Positions 30,074-41,041 of a stretch of 64,000 bases of DNA are shown piece by piece. The stretch comes from Polymyxa betae A26-41 (taxonomy: Eukaryota > Protista > Endomyxa: Phytomyxea): positions 21,500 to 85,499 of the forward strand of contig RBZT01000364.1 of the NCBI GenBank assembly GCA_003693705.1, read 5' to 3'. Numbering within the stretch: the stretch's first letter is position 1; the number at the start of each line of letters is the position of its first letter. The notes beneath the pieces were generated by a model. The model was not told the origin of the DNA and searched no databases. It saw only the letters and a program-made list of their open reading frames with translations. The position numbers and the translations under genes are program-made.

Positions 30074-30295
30074 ATGCTATGTGCCGCTCTGTTGGCTACG
30101 ATCGTGATGGTTTCTGGTATTGCTCAAGCTGATACCACAAACGGATCCCAGATGCCGACAGTCTATCTGATCATGGTCTATGGCGTCGTGGTGATTTTGC
30201 TATTCGCTGTTGTTTATTGCTTCATAAGAAGGCTATTTTCATGTTGCCACAGCGTTCACGAATACTTCAACGGCGGGTACGACTACAACGTCTGA
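30074..30295 (+). CDS. Small single-pass membrane protein with signal peptide
   Basis: 73 aa: hydrophobic signal ending AQA, an NGS sequon, a TM segment (VYLIMVYGVVVILLFAVVYCFI), then RR, Cys and a Tyr-containing tail. Confidence 0.55.
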   Translation: MLCAALLATIVMVSGIAQADTTNGSQMPTVYLIMVYGVVVILLFAVVYCFIRRLFSCCHSVHEYFNGGYDYNV

Positions 30296-30545
30296 ATATC
30301 AATAAGCTCATCTATATAAAACAAGCTCATGAATTTCAAAAGTGCTGCTTCTGACAGACTAACACGTAAAATCTGTCTAAACTTTTTAGCATGTTCGAAA
30401 TGGTCTCTTGCGATGTTCATCCAAATGGAAAAAGCTTTGCAAAAATCGAGGAAAGAATGCCGATATTAGGGGACAGGACATATAGATGACGGTCATCGCG
30501 GACTCCGTCGCGGGGTCGCTTGATAGAAAATTTGCCAGATTCACG

Positions 30546-30983
30546 ATGTCGGCGTCGACGATCCCCCATGTCCAGGTCTTCGGACGTAAGCGTTCGGCCG
30601 TCGCCGTCGCCTACACTAAGGCCGGAAAAGGCCTGATCAAGATCAACGGAACTCCCATCGAGTTCGTTCAGCCTGAAGGTCTGCGCTTCAAGGTCATGGA
30701 GCCGGTCATGTTGTTGGGCTTCCCCCGATTCGAGAACGTCGACATCCGCGTCCGGGTCCAGGGTGGTGGTTTCACCAGCCGCGTTTACGCCATCCGACAG
30801 GCTATCGCCAAGAGCCTGGTTGCGTACTACCAGAAATACGTCGACGAAGCCAGCAAGAAGGAGATCAAGGATGTCCTTCTGAGCTACGACCGTAGCCTGT
30901 TGGTCGCTGATCCCCGTCGCCGTGAACCCAAGAAATTCGGTGGTCGATCGGCCCGTGCCCGTTTCCAGAAGTCCTACCGTTAA
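30546..30983 (+). CDS. RPS16: 40S ribosomal protein S16 (uS9), intronless
   Basis: VQVFGRK...[21 protein letters not shown]...[28 protein letters not shown]. Confidence 0.98.
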   Translation: MSASTIPHVQVFGRKRSAVAVAYTKAGKGLIKINGTPIEFVQPEGLRFKVMEPVMLLGFPRFENVDIRVRVQGGGFTSRVYAIRQAIAKSLVAYYQKYVDEASKKEIKDVLLSYDRSLLVADPRRREPKKFGGRSARARFQKSYR

Positions 30984-31336
30984 ACTGCTTATGCGAAAAT
31001 ACATTGTACTTATCTTTTTACTCTAACACATTCGAATCTGTTCTTTTCAGGCGGTATAGAATTGTGGATGTTCTTTGATATGACGAGCTGCGTATGCTAT
31101 TGTTTTTCAATATTTGAGATCACGCGAATCGCTCCTCTTCTTAATTGGTATACTGAAAAAATCCAACTTCAAATCGTCGTTCCTGCTAATCCTTTGTAGA
31201 TTGTAAATACTGATATCAGCATGCATACAGTTGTTAAATGTATTTATTAGCTGCGAATAGTCATCCGCACTATATTTGTTGAGCTATTTAACCTTTATGG
31301 TTGCTGCGATTGACTTTGCTACGTGTTTAACTAGAT

Positions 31337-32691
31337 TCAAACGGTAGGCCTAAATTGTTGGAAGAAACACTTCGCCATATGCTGAGAAACAGATGTATCG
31401 GGAGCCACGAAAACGCCTTCGCGTACATGAGCAGGACGATTGTCTCCAATGAACAATAATCCAACGCTCGGATACATTTCTGCTTTCTGCTTGATAGATG
31501 GGGCAACTTCTTTTTCACCATTTTGCATAAATAGCAGTTCTGAACGAGATTTCAATTGACTAACACTTTTAATCGAACTCGTACCTATCTGCGTTCGGGT
31601 CAATTTTGCCTGTCTCGTCTCAGCCAGTTTGAATGCATTAGTACGCGTTAACTCCTGCACTATTGCCATAGCTGTATGATCGGCATTATCAACGACTAAC
31701 AAGAACCAGGCTTTCTGCTGATTGTGGTCTGGGCCCTAAGAGAAGGACTGTCAAACGTGGTATTGAAATTGTATCCGCGAGATCTAAACTGAAGAAATAT
31801 AACCAGGAAAAGGAATAGACTGAGCGTTAGAAATCAACCGAATACCAAACTAGCAGATTACCAAAGTGAGCGGGACAGGAGATGGAAGCTGAGTCTCTTC
31901 AAATCGAATGTCAGGGCAGACAGCGCTCGGGTTGACGCCAAGAAACTCGCCCTCTTCATTATTGAAATTGCCGATCTCCCAATGCCGTTCGCCATCGGTT
32001 TCGTTGAAATCGTGCACTCGCCACCAGTTATTGTCCCAGATACATAAATTGGCGGAATGGAACTGTTCGCTGAGGCTGAAGTACGACGCCTACTTTACTT
32101 AGCGACAGAATTAGAGTGAGAATCCGCAAACGTACCTGAAAGCAAGACAGTCGAAGCCGAGTCGTTGTCTCGATCGACGGCTGCGTTATGGAGAAAAGCA
32201 TCATATCAATATCAGAACAATCTCGTGTTCGAAGCTGCTGACAGGCAGCCACAACCCGGCATGCTTTACAGTCGCGAAAGAAAACGCTGAAAGAACGTTA
32301 TATACGTATTCGATTTTCTGAAAAGAGTTATATGCCACCTGGATTCACATGGAGCAATGAAAATTCGACAATTGGTAGCGAAATCGATCGTAACTTGAGC
32401 GCTATTATCAAAGAGAAAAATATTACAGTTATCGACAGTATCTATTATGAATTGTTGCCCTGCGATTTGCCTAAATACATTTATGAATGCAAACTGACCA
32501 AAGCATATCGCCTACTACCCGGGACCTCTCACAACCGTAACATCCTTCAGACCTGTTACCATGAAATCTTTGGGGTTCAACTTGGCTTGCGGTTTGGGCG
32601 GCGGCGATTCAGACTGCCCAACGGATGCGACGACATCCGGTTGCTTTGACAGGGGCGGAGTCTGGCCACGCTTGGAGCAGAGATTCCCCAT
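31337..32691 (-). CDS. RP2: RP2/XRP2-like ARL3 GAP (TBCC domain), multi-exon
   Basis: N-terminal acylation motif MGNLCSK; LNPKDFM; [18 protein letters not shown]; [23 protein letters not shown] (Arg finger); TQPSIE; [11 protein letters not shown]. Confidence 0.9.
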
Positions 32692-33197
32692 GACGTCTGC
32701 AGCGGTGCTCCTGAGACCTGCAGTCGCTACCCATCGATCATCTAGAAACCTCTCGGCGTTCGAAAGTCACAGCAAACCTAAGACAACAACATCAATACTA
32801 TCGATAAGAGAAGTGTTGTAAAAAACAAACCCGAAATAGAGACACGACGTAGCCGACTGACGTCATTGACAGTACAGTAGCTTACATGAGTTACACTTAA
32901 AGCGAACTTCATAAATAGAAATTGCGCAGTCGGGAAAATTGGCGCAACAAGCGCAATATCGGAATTGCGCACAGGTATTGCGCACAGTGCCCTCTTGTCT
33001 TGTTAGGGTTTCGTCATCGTTTAGCCTCACTCTGATAGTCTCTAATTCTGTGTCTCTCGTTTTTTTTATTGTCGTCGTCGTCGTCGCTGCAGGCGCCTGC
33101 TGACAATTGACTTTGTTGCTGCAGTCAGTCAGCGAGTTTGTAGGCAGCAGACGTTGAGCAAATCGTTTTATTCGGCCACAGCTGCCGCTCGATGTGA

Positions 33198-33743
33198 ATG
33201 GTGGATCTTATCAATCCTTCTCGGAGCCCTTCGCCCAAGCCCAACAGTCATCACTCGTCGGCCATTGTTGCTGGTCGGTTCGTCGTCTCGGATGCCACTT
33301 CGGAAGATACCGTTGCTACCTCGTCATCGCCGTCAAAGTCGGTTACTTCATGTTGCAAGCGTCGCATTGCTGGTCGATTTATCGTCGTCGATGAAGACAC
33401 AACTATGCCCAATCAATACAACAACCAGGCATCTCGCTTCGAAATTCTTGATCTACCGGTCGTCCCCGAAGGTCGGGAAGCAATAGAAGAGCCTCTGAGT
33501 TCCTTGCTAAGGAGTCTCAGCGATCGCGTCCTGGTAATAGTTTTCTGTTTTTCAGTCCAGGTACAATATCCCATACTAACGTGAAGGCAATATCAATAGG
33601 CAGTTGAGCGAGAGAATGACCGTCTTAAATCGGAAAACGCCAATCTACGAGCAGAGATGATGCGAATGCATTCTCTGATAGGACAGCACGGAGACAATTC
33701 GATTGCTGCTAAGGATCTAACTGATATACTCCTGTTTTCGTAA
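33198..33743 (+). CDS. Small protein with three RFxV/I motifs and a C-terminal coiled coil (TSC22-like architecture); intron 33534-33599
   Basis: GRFVV, GRFIV and SRFEI sit in a disordered Ser-rich N-terminus. The intron has a TACTAAC branch site. Exon 2 reads AVERENDRLKSENANLRAEMMRMHSL. Confidence 0.75.
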
Positions 33744-33849
33744 TATTAAATTATTAGATTAGGTACTCTTTCATAAGCATATTGCTGAAACCCAAAAACC
33801 TTTTGCTTGCTCATGATGCTTCTCAATTTGTAGAAGGGGTTGAGTTTAT

Positions 33850-34134
33850 TTAAGCAGTTTCAGGTGTAGCTTTAGTAGCTGCCGTCTCTTGAACCTCATC
33901 CTTTTTAGCTTCGAGATAGGCAGTCTTAACGGCGTCAGAGAGCTCATCGCTTGGGGGATCGACTTTGTTCAAGTCGACACCTTTTTTGATCGTGGAGTGA
34001 AGTTTGATCTGATCGGCAACAATATTCTTCTCAACGGGGACCTTCTTGTTTTTCAGAGAGACCCCCTTCTGAATTTCCCGAAGCAGAGCAGCTGGCTTCT
34101 GCTTCTCAACCGGCATGACGATAGGTCGACCCAT
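33850..34134 (-). CDS. Actobindin-like tandem WH2 actin-monomer-binding protein
   Basis: 94 aa with two WH2-like units: ALLREIQKGVSLKNK and LHSTIKKGVDLNKV. Confidence 0.65.
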   Translation of the reverse strand: MGRPIVMPVEKQKPAALLREIQKGVSLKNKKVPVEKNIVADQIKLHSTIKKGVDLNKVDPPSDELSDAVKTAYLEAKKDEVQETAATKATPETA

Positions 34135-34507
34135 GATGCTAAGAGCGAAACTTGATGTTCTATGAATTGATTCAGTTAGCTTGTGAGGGAGGCACGCGAC
34201 TCGATCGAAACAGTCCGATATCCATTAATGAATCACCATATTTCTCCGGTAGGAGCACAACCATAAGTGCCTTCGATGAATTTACAATTAAATTTCGGTA
34301 GACTGGGTGGGTATGGAAGACCATAACTCTGATAGAGCGAAATGCTCTCTCATTGTCATATTGCAAATTAGGCGAAAGCAGCTCAAATACAAAGAGAAAA
34401 CAAAACCATCAAGAAATACAAAGACACATTTTTAGTAATGATTATCACATTGCAAGTGATATTTTAAGAGTAATATATAAATACAGAAACTGGGTATTAG
34501 ACAATGA

Positions 34508-34999
34508 CTAAGGATGTACTAATGAATATGCAGTGATCCACGAGACCTAAAAATATCTATGAGCTATCAGGAGTATTGTGTAAAAGTCGTACCAGGAAAC
34601 TGGCATATGAAGGCATCCCTCCTTCCGTAATCATATCCCAGGGATTGAATTCATCCTGATCAACTTTCAGGAATTGGAAATAGGCGAATGTCGAGACCAG
34701 ATATAAAACAGCAAATCTATCCCGAAAAAATCAATACTGAGCAGAAGGTTGCTTTTAAAAATCATACGAAATGTTGCCCAAAGCGCCAGTTACAGGAACG
34801 ATGCCGAAAGCCAATCCGACGACAACAGCTAGGATCTGCCTTAACCAATACAGCACCGATTCCAGTTCAACCTATGCTGAAATGTCAAGTTGTGTTTCCA
34901 GCAGAACCGAAACCCGCCCCGCTTGACCTTTGTCCATTCTTGCTCAGGCTGGAACGCCTTAACCCAGTCGAACCCAGCCTTGCCTTTACCGACACCCAT
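34508..34999 (-). CDS. RAB5IF: RAB5IF/OPTI (C20orf24, Rab5ip/EMC6-like family) membrane protein; four exons, absent from the ORF track
   Basis: Spliced product MGVGKGKAGFDWVKAFQPEQEWTK|VELESVLYWLRQILAVVVGLAFGIVPVTGALGNIS|FAVLYLVSTFAYFQFLKVDQDEFNPWDMITEGGMPSYASFL|VSWITAYSLVHP*, matching the family YW.RQI.AVV.G and EG...S.A.F motifs. Confidence 0.85.
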
Positions 35000-35150
35000 G
35001 CTTTCTCTATTCAGGTTTATGAGATGAAAGGGGCCGCTCTACGTAATAGGTTTTCCAAATTGCGAAAAATATTTCAATATTGTTTTTTTTATCCAATATT
35101 TTAGGGCTAACCGCAGATCACAACGAGAACTGAAAATTGTATTTGAATGG

Positions 35151-36080
35151 TCAAACTTTCTGCTCGAAATTTCGACCAGAAAATGTCTTTTTCTTTTTAT
35201 CTTTGCCGTCGTCTTGTTCGACCTTGGCCCGATTAAGAATCTTGAGTAGAGACACCACCCTGGCACGCATCCTGAGATGGAAGTACGCTTTGCTGCATTT
35301 AATGTGGTATTGGACATATGTTCGGAATCCTGAAAACACAGCTGCTGCAGATTCGACTTTTAGTGGCGTATCAACATGGCTCGGTAGCATTCCAAACGAA
35401 ATAAAACCAACATTGCCAATCGGTCCATTCACCGAGAAAGCATCCTGTATTTCTTTCGGAGGCGCCATTGAAAACTGAACCAAAGGCCCAGCAGGCACCT
35501 TCCGCTTAGCTTCGGCGAATTCGGTTAAGAACACTGAGCTGATAACAGCATCGGAGCGTTCTTTAACGCCTAAGGAAAAAACACATACAACCCGGTCGTT
35601 TTTTGGGATCAAAAAGACGACGCAATCGGGATGTAGCGAGAATCGAGCCGGCTGCAGTTGCATTTGGGTATTTTTTGATAATGCCCCAAAATACAGAGAA
35701 AATGGGGCTCCAGAGACAACTTGTCGCAGACGGCATACAGCTTGGATCAAGTCGTTAACATGAGCAGGATCGATATTAGCCAGATCCATTCTAAGGCAAG
35801 CATCGCTGCCATCTTCAGGTCTGATCACCAGATCACCATACGTATCTTTCAGAAACTGCTCGACACCCAATCCAACCAGGTCTTTGTAGATGGGTACAGA
35901 CAAAGATAAGATCAGGATGTCATGAGGGCCATCGGGAGTGGCGCGCGACGATCGCAGCCAATAATGAGCGCCGTCAAAATCGCAGATCTTGACATCGATA
36001 GCGGTGCGCTTCTCTGCCGCGAAAGCAGCGGCAATGGTCTCCTCCAAGATCCGATTTCGCGTCTCAAGCTGAACTAGCAT
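35151..36080 (-). CDS. ARPC2: Arp2/3 complex subunit 2 (p34), intronless
   Basis: ICDFDGAHY, DRVVCVFS, FRTYVQYHIKCSKAYFHLRMRARV..LLKILNRAK, KKTFSGR. Confidence 0.96.
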   Translation of the reverse strand: MLVQLETRNRILEETIAAAFAAEKRTAIDVKICDFDGAHYWLRSSRATPDGPHDILILSLSVPIYKDLVGLGVEQFLKDTYGDLVIRPEDGSDACLRMDLANIDPAHVNDLIQAVCRLRQVVSGAPFSLYFGALSKNTQMQLQPARFSLHPDCVVFLIPKNDRVVCVFSLGVKERSDAVISSVFLTEFAEAKRKVPAGPLVQFSMAPPKEIQDAFSVNGPIGNVGFISFGMLPSHVDTPLKVESAAAVFSGFRTYVQYHIKCSKAYFHLRMRARVVSLLKILNRAKVEQDDGKDKKKKTFSGRNFEQKV

Positions 36081-36512
36081 GGTTAGAAATGGGCTCTGGA
36101 ACAGAACATCTGTTCCAAGACATCACAAAGGTTACGATCGAGGCCGCGCCCAACCTTAATAACAGCCGAACTGCTATCGAAAGCATTAGCCTGAACAGAA
36201 GCTAAACACAACCGTTTGCTTGGCTGAAGGCAATTGTGATGTTAACCTTTGCTGATTTGTAATGCCTATTAGTTCAGAAACTTCAATTAAACGAAAAAAA
36301 ATCTGATGGTATTTTCTCAAAAGTCTGAATTCCTCCTGTCTTCAACAGAAATTCTGAAGATGCTGAAGCTTTTATATGCAACACATCAGCATCGCTTACG
36401 TTATACAATTTCGCTGAGAATAATAATCATTTAGCTGTACTTCATTCAAAATTCTTTTGTTCGAGTTCAGATTGTATCAAAAAGACCTAGAAACATTTAG
36501 CGATGAATTTAG

Positions 36513-37145
36513 TTATACTCTTGCAATAACAGCATTCTCAAGTGATCGAAAGTTTTTTATACAATTAGCAGACCGTCTGCGATAAGCATCAACGACGACG
36601 AAGAGGAAACCGGCCTCTGGACAGGCTACGAACAGTCCCACCCAGTCATGATACAATCGATTGATGTACTCGTTGATGATAATCAATGCGCCGGTCGACC
36701 CTGAGCAGAATACCATCGGTAGAATCAGCGTAGTCGAGATCGGCGGCATGATGATGCCAGCAATGATAGAAGCTCCACATACGCCGGCAGTGAGGTATGG
36801 CGCCACCATGAACGCTTTCAACATGATCACATCCAGTTGACGTTCACCGACCAATCTTCTAATGAAGCCTTTGCCGAGACGCAGCATGAAATCGATCTTG
36901 CGCTCCAGGTCGGTGTAATCTCTGCCCGAATCACTTCGAACAGGCCCTAAACGTTCTTTAAAAAAACGACGGGAAACAGCAGAACTGCATTTACTGGAAT
37001 CATTCTCAGGAACAGGAACAATGGCGTCCTCCACAGCCTCGGGTAAGGTCGATTCAGAGATGGTCGATGCCAGTTCGGGAGGAGCCGCATCGACCAGCAC
37101 GGTCGCGGCCAGCAAGCTGATGGCGATCACGAGCAGGAACCTCAT
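36513..37145 (-). CDS. Hypothetical signal-peptide protein with a hydrophobic hairpin
   Basis: MRFLLVIAISLLAATVLVDA signal peptide; central hydrophobic segments; no recognisable domain. Confidence 0.6.
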   Translation of the reverse strand: MRFLLVIAISLLAATVLVDAAPPELASTISESTLPEAVEDAIVPVPENDSSKCSSAVSRRFFKERLGPVRSDSGRDYTDLERKIDFMLRLGKGFIRRLVGERQLDVIMLKAFMVAPYLTAGVCGASIIAGIIMPPISTTLILPMVFCSGSTGALIIINEYINRLYHDWVGLFVACPEAGFLFVVVDAYRRRSANCIKNFRSLENAVIARV

Positions 37146-37710
37146 GGTGTCGAAGATAATCAGCTTTCGATATGCTCAGCGGAATCACCTGGCATATCTG
37201 GACTGCTGGACTCGGGGGGAGGCTAAAAATAGTTCTGGGCGGACGCGGGCATAGTGGCACCGCCGCGTCCGGGGTGTCGCCTCGTCAAGTAAGGACCCTC
37301 TGGAGAGCCCTGCCTTGCTATTGCGTCCGCAAGGCGTTCCACGAAGAGCGCTACGGTAGTCGTCTATCATGATCGTACAAAGTCATGGCTGGTTGCGGTA
37401 TCTCCTCGATGCTCTCAGGGTCGAGAAGAGAGTCGTTTAGTAAATTGTTGTAGATGGATCCTTGATCAGAAAGCATATTTAGCTTACAAAGATTACAAAG
37501 ATGTTATCACATTCGAATCCGAATGAAAGAATCTAAAAGAAGTGTATAGCTTTGCTCTATCTTGCAGAGAAGGGGGTTGATACTTTATCCATGTTGTTTC
37601 GTTCTGCTGTTTCTGTGTTTGTTGTAGTCTCTAACTTTATACTAATTATTTAATCGAGATGTTATTATTCAAATATTATAAATTACAAACAGGACCTAAA
37701 TATGGAAAAA

Positions 37711-38194
37711 TCATTGGCTGCGATCAGGATTAATTTCGGCGAAGAGAAATTGCCTTCCCCCAGTTGAATATATTCGATTGTCAAACTCATCTAGACCGAC
37801 AAATCTTGGCGTTAATCGAGAAAAGCCAAGGGGTAAAGATCCATTCACAACTCGGTATCGGCTGTTATGGGTGATCGTGGCCACGATAGGCGCAGTAATG
37901 GCTGCCAGCACAAATGAATGAAGATGGTATCGTCCGAAGATAATTCGAATTAGCCAGTTCGCAATTCGCAGCGCAAGATCGATGTTCTGCAGGCCACCGC
38001 CATCGAATCACTAACAGCCCAGAGCCATTTACATGATCTGAGTAACAACCATACAACTTTGGCATTTTGATGAAGCGTTTTACTGTAACAATACTCATCG
38101 CATCGAGAGCGTATGGCTTTGTCAAAGCGAGACGTTCAATCCAGTTTACAACTCCTCCAGCCCTTGAATAAGCAACGTTTTTTCTTTTGCCCAT
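37711..38194 (-). CDS. Hypothetical protein (two exons, about 145 aa)
   Basis: ORF MGKRKN...YGCYSDH splices (gtaaat...ctgcag) in frame to NIDLALRIANWLIRIIFGRY...INPDRSQ*. Confidence 0.55.
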
Positions 38195-38211
38195 GGTTTC
38201 TGTCTTCGTGA

Positions 38212-38806
38212 TTACTCTTTCAAAGTGGCTTCTTCCGATAGTCTCATCTTTGAACTTCCAGGCGTTAGTGACGACGCTGCCTCTTTCGTAGCAGTTATGC
38301 TGCCCATCGACCAGCTGATGGGTTCCGTCAGCAGCAGCGAATCCGCCGTCAATCTTGGCTTGAAATCGTAGAACAGCTTCACCACCACCGGGCTGGACTT
38401 CGCTCCGCCTTTCAGGCCAAGGCAGCGAAACGATGGCGTCTTCAGAGGGATCTGGTTGGCTGGAATTGGGGGATCTCGATACAGCACCAAACCCTCTAAC
38501 AACAAGCTAAGCAATATAATCGTCTCTACGAATGGAATATTACAGACCGATACTTCCTGTTCGTTCTTGAATGGTTTGAGAAAGCCACAGCATCGAGTTG
38601 TCGATGTGAGCGTGGACCTGGAAGTGCATATGGGCCCAATTGACCAGGGCGATCTCGATCAAGAGCCAGCTGCTTGCAGCTGATGAAGTAACATCCGCGT
38701 CGGCTCGCTCATGAAAATCGTGAGCAGAAACGAAAGTGGTCGACGATCCTCCGCTGGTGCTTTTGCCCTTCTTTTTACCTTTAGACTTTTTGCCTTTTTT
38801 CGCCAT
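38212..38806 (-). CDS. Hypothetical protein with Lys-rich N-terminus (two exons)
   Basis: MAKKGKKSKGKKKGK...ERTGSI joined over a short intron to GLVLYRDPP...KLFYDFKP...TLKE*. Confidence 0.6.
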
Positions 38807-39035
38807 GTCCCATAAGTACTTGCTTGATCAATTGCAATCTGAAAATATCTTTCAAATGACCAGAGCAATGCTTTTGTAGAAAAGTGTATGAAAGTATTGA
38901 AAGTTCTTATCGAGCAAAAAGAATGGGAATCGGTTTTGCCGTTAACATCGACAGAATTTGAAAGCAAGTTAACTTTCTGGAGGCAGGATAATACGATGGA
39001 AAGCATTGCGCTTCTGTTCAGAACGTTATGCTGGT

Positions 39036-39794
39036 TTATTTGTCAGTGGCCATAGCGGCGCGAGCCTTTCGAATAAATTCAAGTTTGTCAACATTTTCGA
39101 AATATTTCTTCAAAACTGGGAATTGTTTTAAATCGATTGCAAGATGATGAAACCAGGTCAGGATGATATAAAGATAGGCATCGGCAACTGTGAATTTATC
39201 GCCAAGCAAATACTTCTTAGCACCATCATCAAGCTCAATTTTGCTCAAATATTGCAATTTTGATTTAAACCTGAAACACACAACTCACGACCTGTAAACG
39301 ATAACGAAATGGTGAACAGCTGACTGTTTGATAAGAAATTCTCTCGTATCCGATGACAATCCTGGACCGAACAAAGGGGCGACTGATGCATGCACTTCAG
39401 ACGATAAATAGCTAAGCTTGGATTGCAACAAATATCGAGCTGATGTCCCGTTTGGAGGCGCCAGTTCAGCAGGTTGATTCTGGTCGGCGATCCATTGTAA
39501 AGTCACTGAATTCTCATTTAACAGAGTCTTATCATCCAGGACGATTGCCGGAACGTTCCCTTTCGGATTGACCGAGAAGAAATCCTTGCCTCTGTCTGGT
39601 CCAGTCTTGATCTGATGTGTTTTGAGATCAACCTGGTGCGTTTTCAACTTGTCTCCGAGAATCCCGGCTCTATAGGCAGCAATGTAGCTGGCAGCGCCAC
39701 AAGAACTAGGTGTATAGTACAGATCGGCGAAGAATCGGCATTGGACAAGCCGACGACCATGACGAATGGGGTTGACTTTTAGGCGACCGATCAT
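39036..39794 (-). CDS. Glutathione S-transferase of beta-class (bacterial GstA-like) type with an N-terminal extension; one intron
   Basis: LYYTPSSCGAASYI, VNPKGNVPAIVLDD.TLLNE, YLSSEVH, YLLGDKFTVADAYLY. Preceded by Arg-rich MIGRLKVNPIRHGRRLVQCRFFA. Confidence 0.88.
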
Positions 39795-41041
39795 GATCGT
39801 GTGGTGAATGACCAATCAGCAAATGCTTTAATGATGCGTTCTTATATGGTGGGACACTCAATGGGTCATCTGATGGGGTGACCTTGTAAGACCCCATGAC
39901 CCCATGGGCTACAGCCGTCCGGGCTAGCGTGCTAATCACAAGCATTCATACCGGTTGTGAGTCCAGCTTGGAAAGGCATTTGAAGAAATGCCACGCGGCC
40001 GACGTCCTTAAAATTTAAAGCGAAACCAAGAAGAATGCACATCCGTTTGGAGCTTCAGCATCTTTGGCAAGCGATTCGACGCAGGAACCTGTACAACAAT
40101 CCGCTTTCAGAGAAGACTAACAGTACTGGCTTTTAGATGTTCACAGCTAAAATTGTTGAAAGAAGACAGGCAGGATTCGAATTGGATCATGTCGTTTGTC
40201 GTCACAGAGTTCTAATCGCCCAGATGCTCTGAAACGCTGGACAGCGACATGCTCCCAGATAGGGCCAATCTAACAAGGTCAAGGTCCAGCAAAGCATCGC
40301 CGTCTCGTTCCGATTCGGCCAGGGCAATACCGATCTGGCCGAAGCTCCCGAAAGCTGCGTCTACCGCTAGTATCGCATCCCAATACAATCACGAGGAACT
40401 TCCTTCCATCGCCAGCGCAGGCAATCGACGAACGTATTCTCACTTTCTTTTAGGAATGAATCAATGCTTTCTATTACCAATGTTTTTGAGCTTTAGCCAA
40501 ATTTGCTCACTGACTGATGCTTTTATCAACCTTGTTTCTTAAAAAAAACCCGAGGATTCAATATTCTCATATCGTTTTGGAGAATGTCGTTTTGGACAAT
40601 TTCGAATTCCTTTTTCAATAGTTGCTGTCGGAGAATCTGATATGTTCAGGAATCGGCAGGTGCTAGTCGGCTCAAGACGAGTGCTTTTCCGAACAAGGAC
40701 TTGCAAGTGCCTCCAAGTCCTATTACTCGCACTCATCATTGGCTCGATCTTGATCACGATGGCCATCTTCATCGCGAAAGTCATCGAACAATCGTCTAGT
40801 AAGCGGTGAATTTTAGCTGTTATGGGATTAAACCACAACATAAATACTATATCAAGCTCTGAGCGTACCGTTAGGCAGCTCTTAAATTGTTAGTACAAAA
40901 ATATATTGCTGGAAGAAAATAAAAACAGATGTGAAGCTTAAGAGAGCTTGTTCAAAGTTGATAAACGATGCGGCACAAAGCTTCATCCAACGAACAGCAA
41001 AGGAGTCCCTCATCGTTAAACAGGCGCAAATCTATCGTCCT

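Noticed and set aside
30417-31004. 195-aa ORF antisense to RPS16 (similar antisense ORFs lie over eIF5A, Lon and the four-TM genes)
   Set aside because: Shadow ORFs caused by biased codon usage on the coding strand.
37750-37810. FVGLDEFDNRIY resembling the NDUFA12 VG.D..GN.YY motif
   Set aside because: Too short, and the rest of the protein does not fit.
39950-40850. Coding-like stretches between the GST and kinesin genes
   Set aside because: Interrupted by stops in plausible frames; no supportable gene model.
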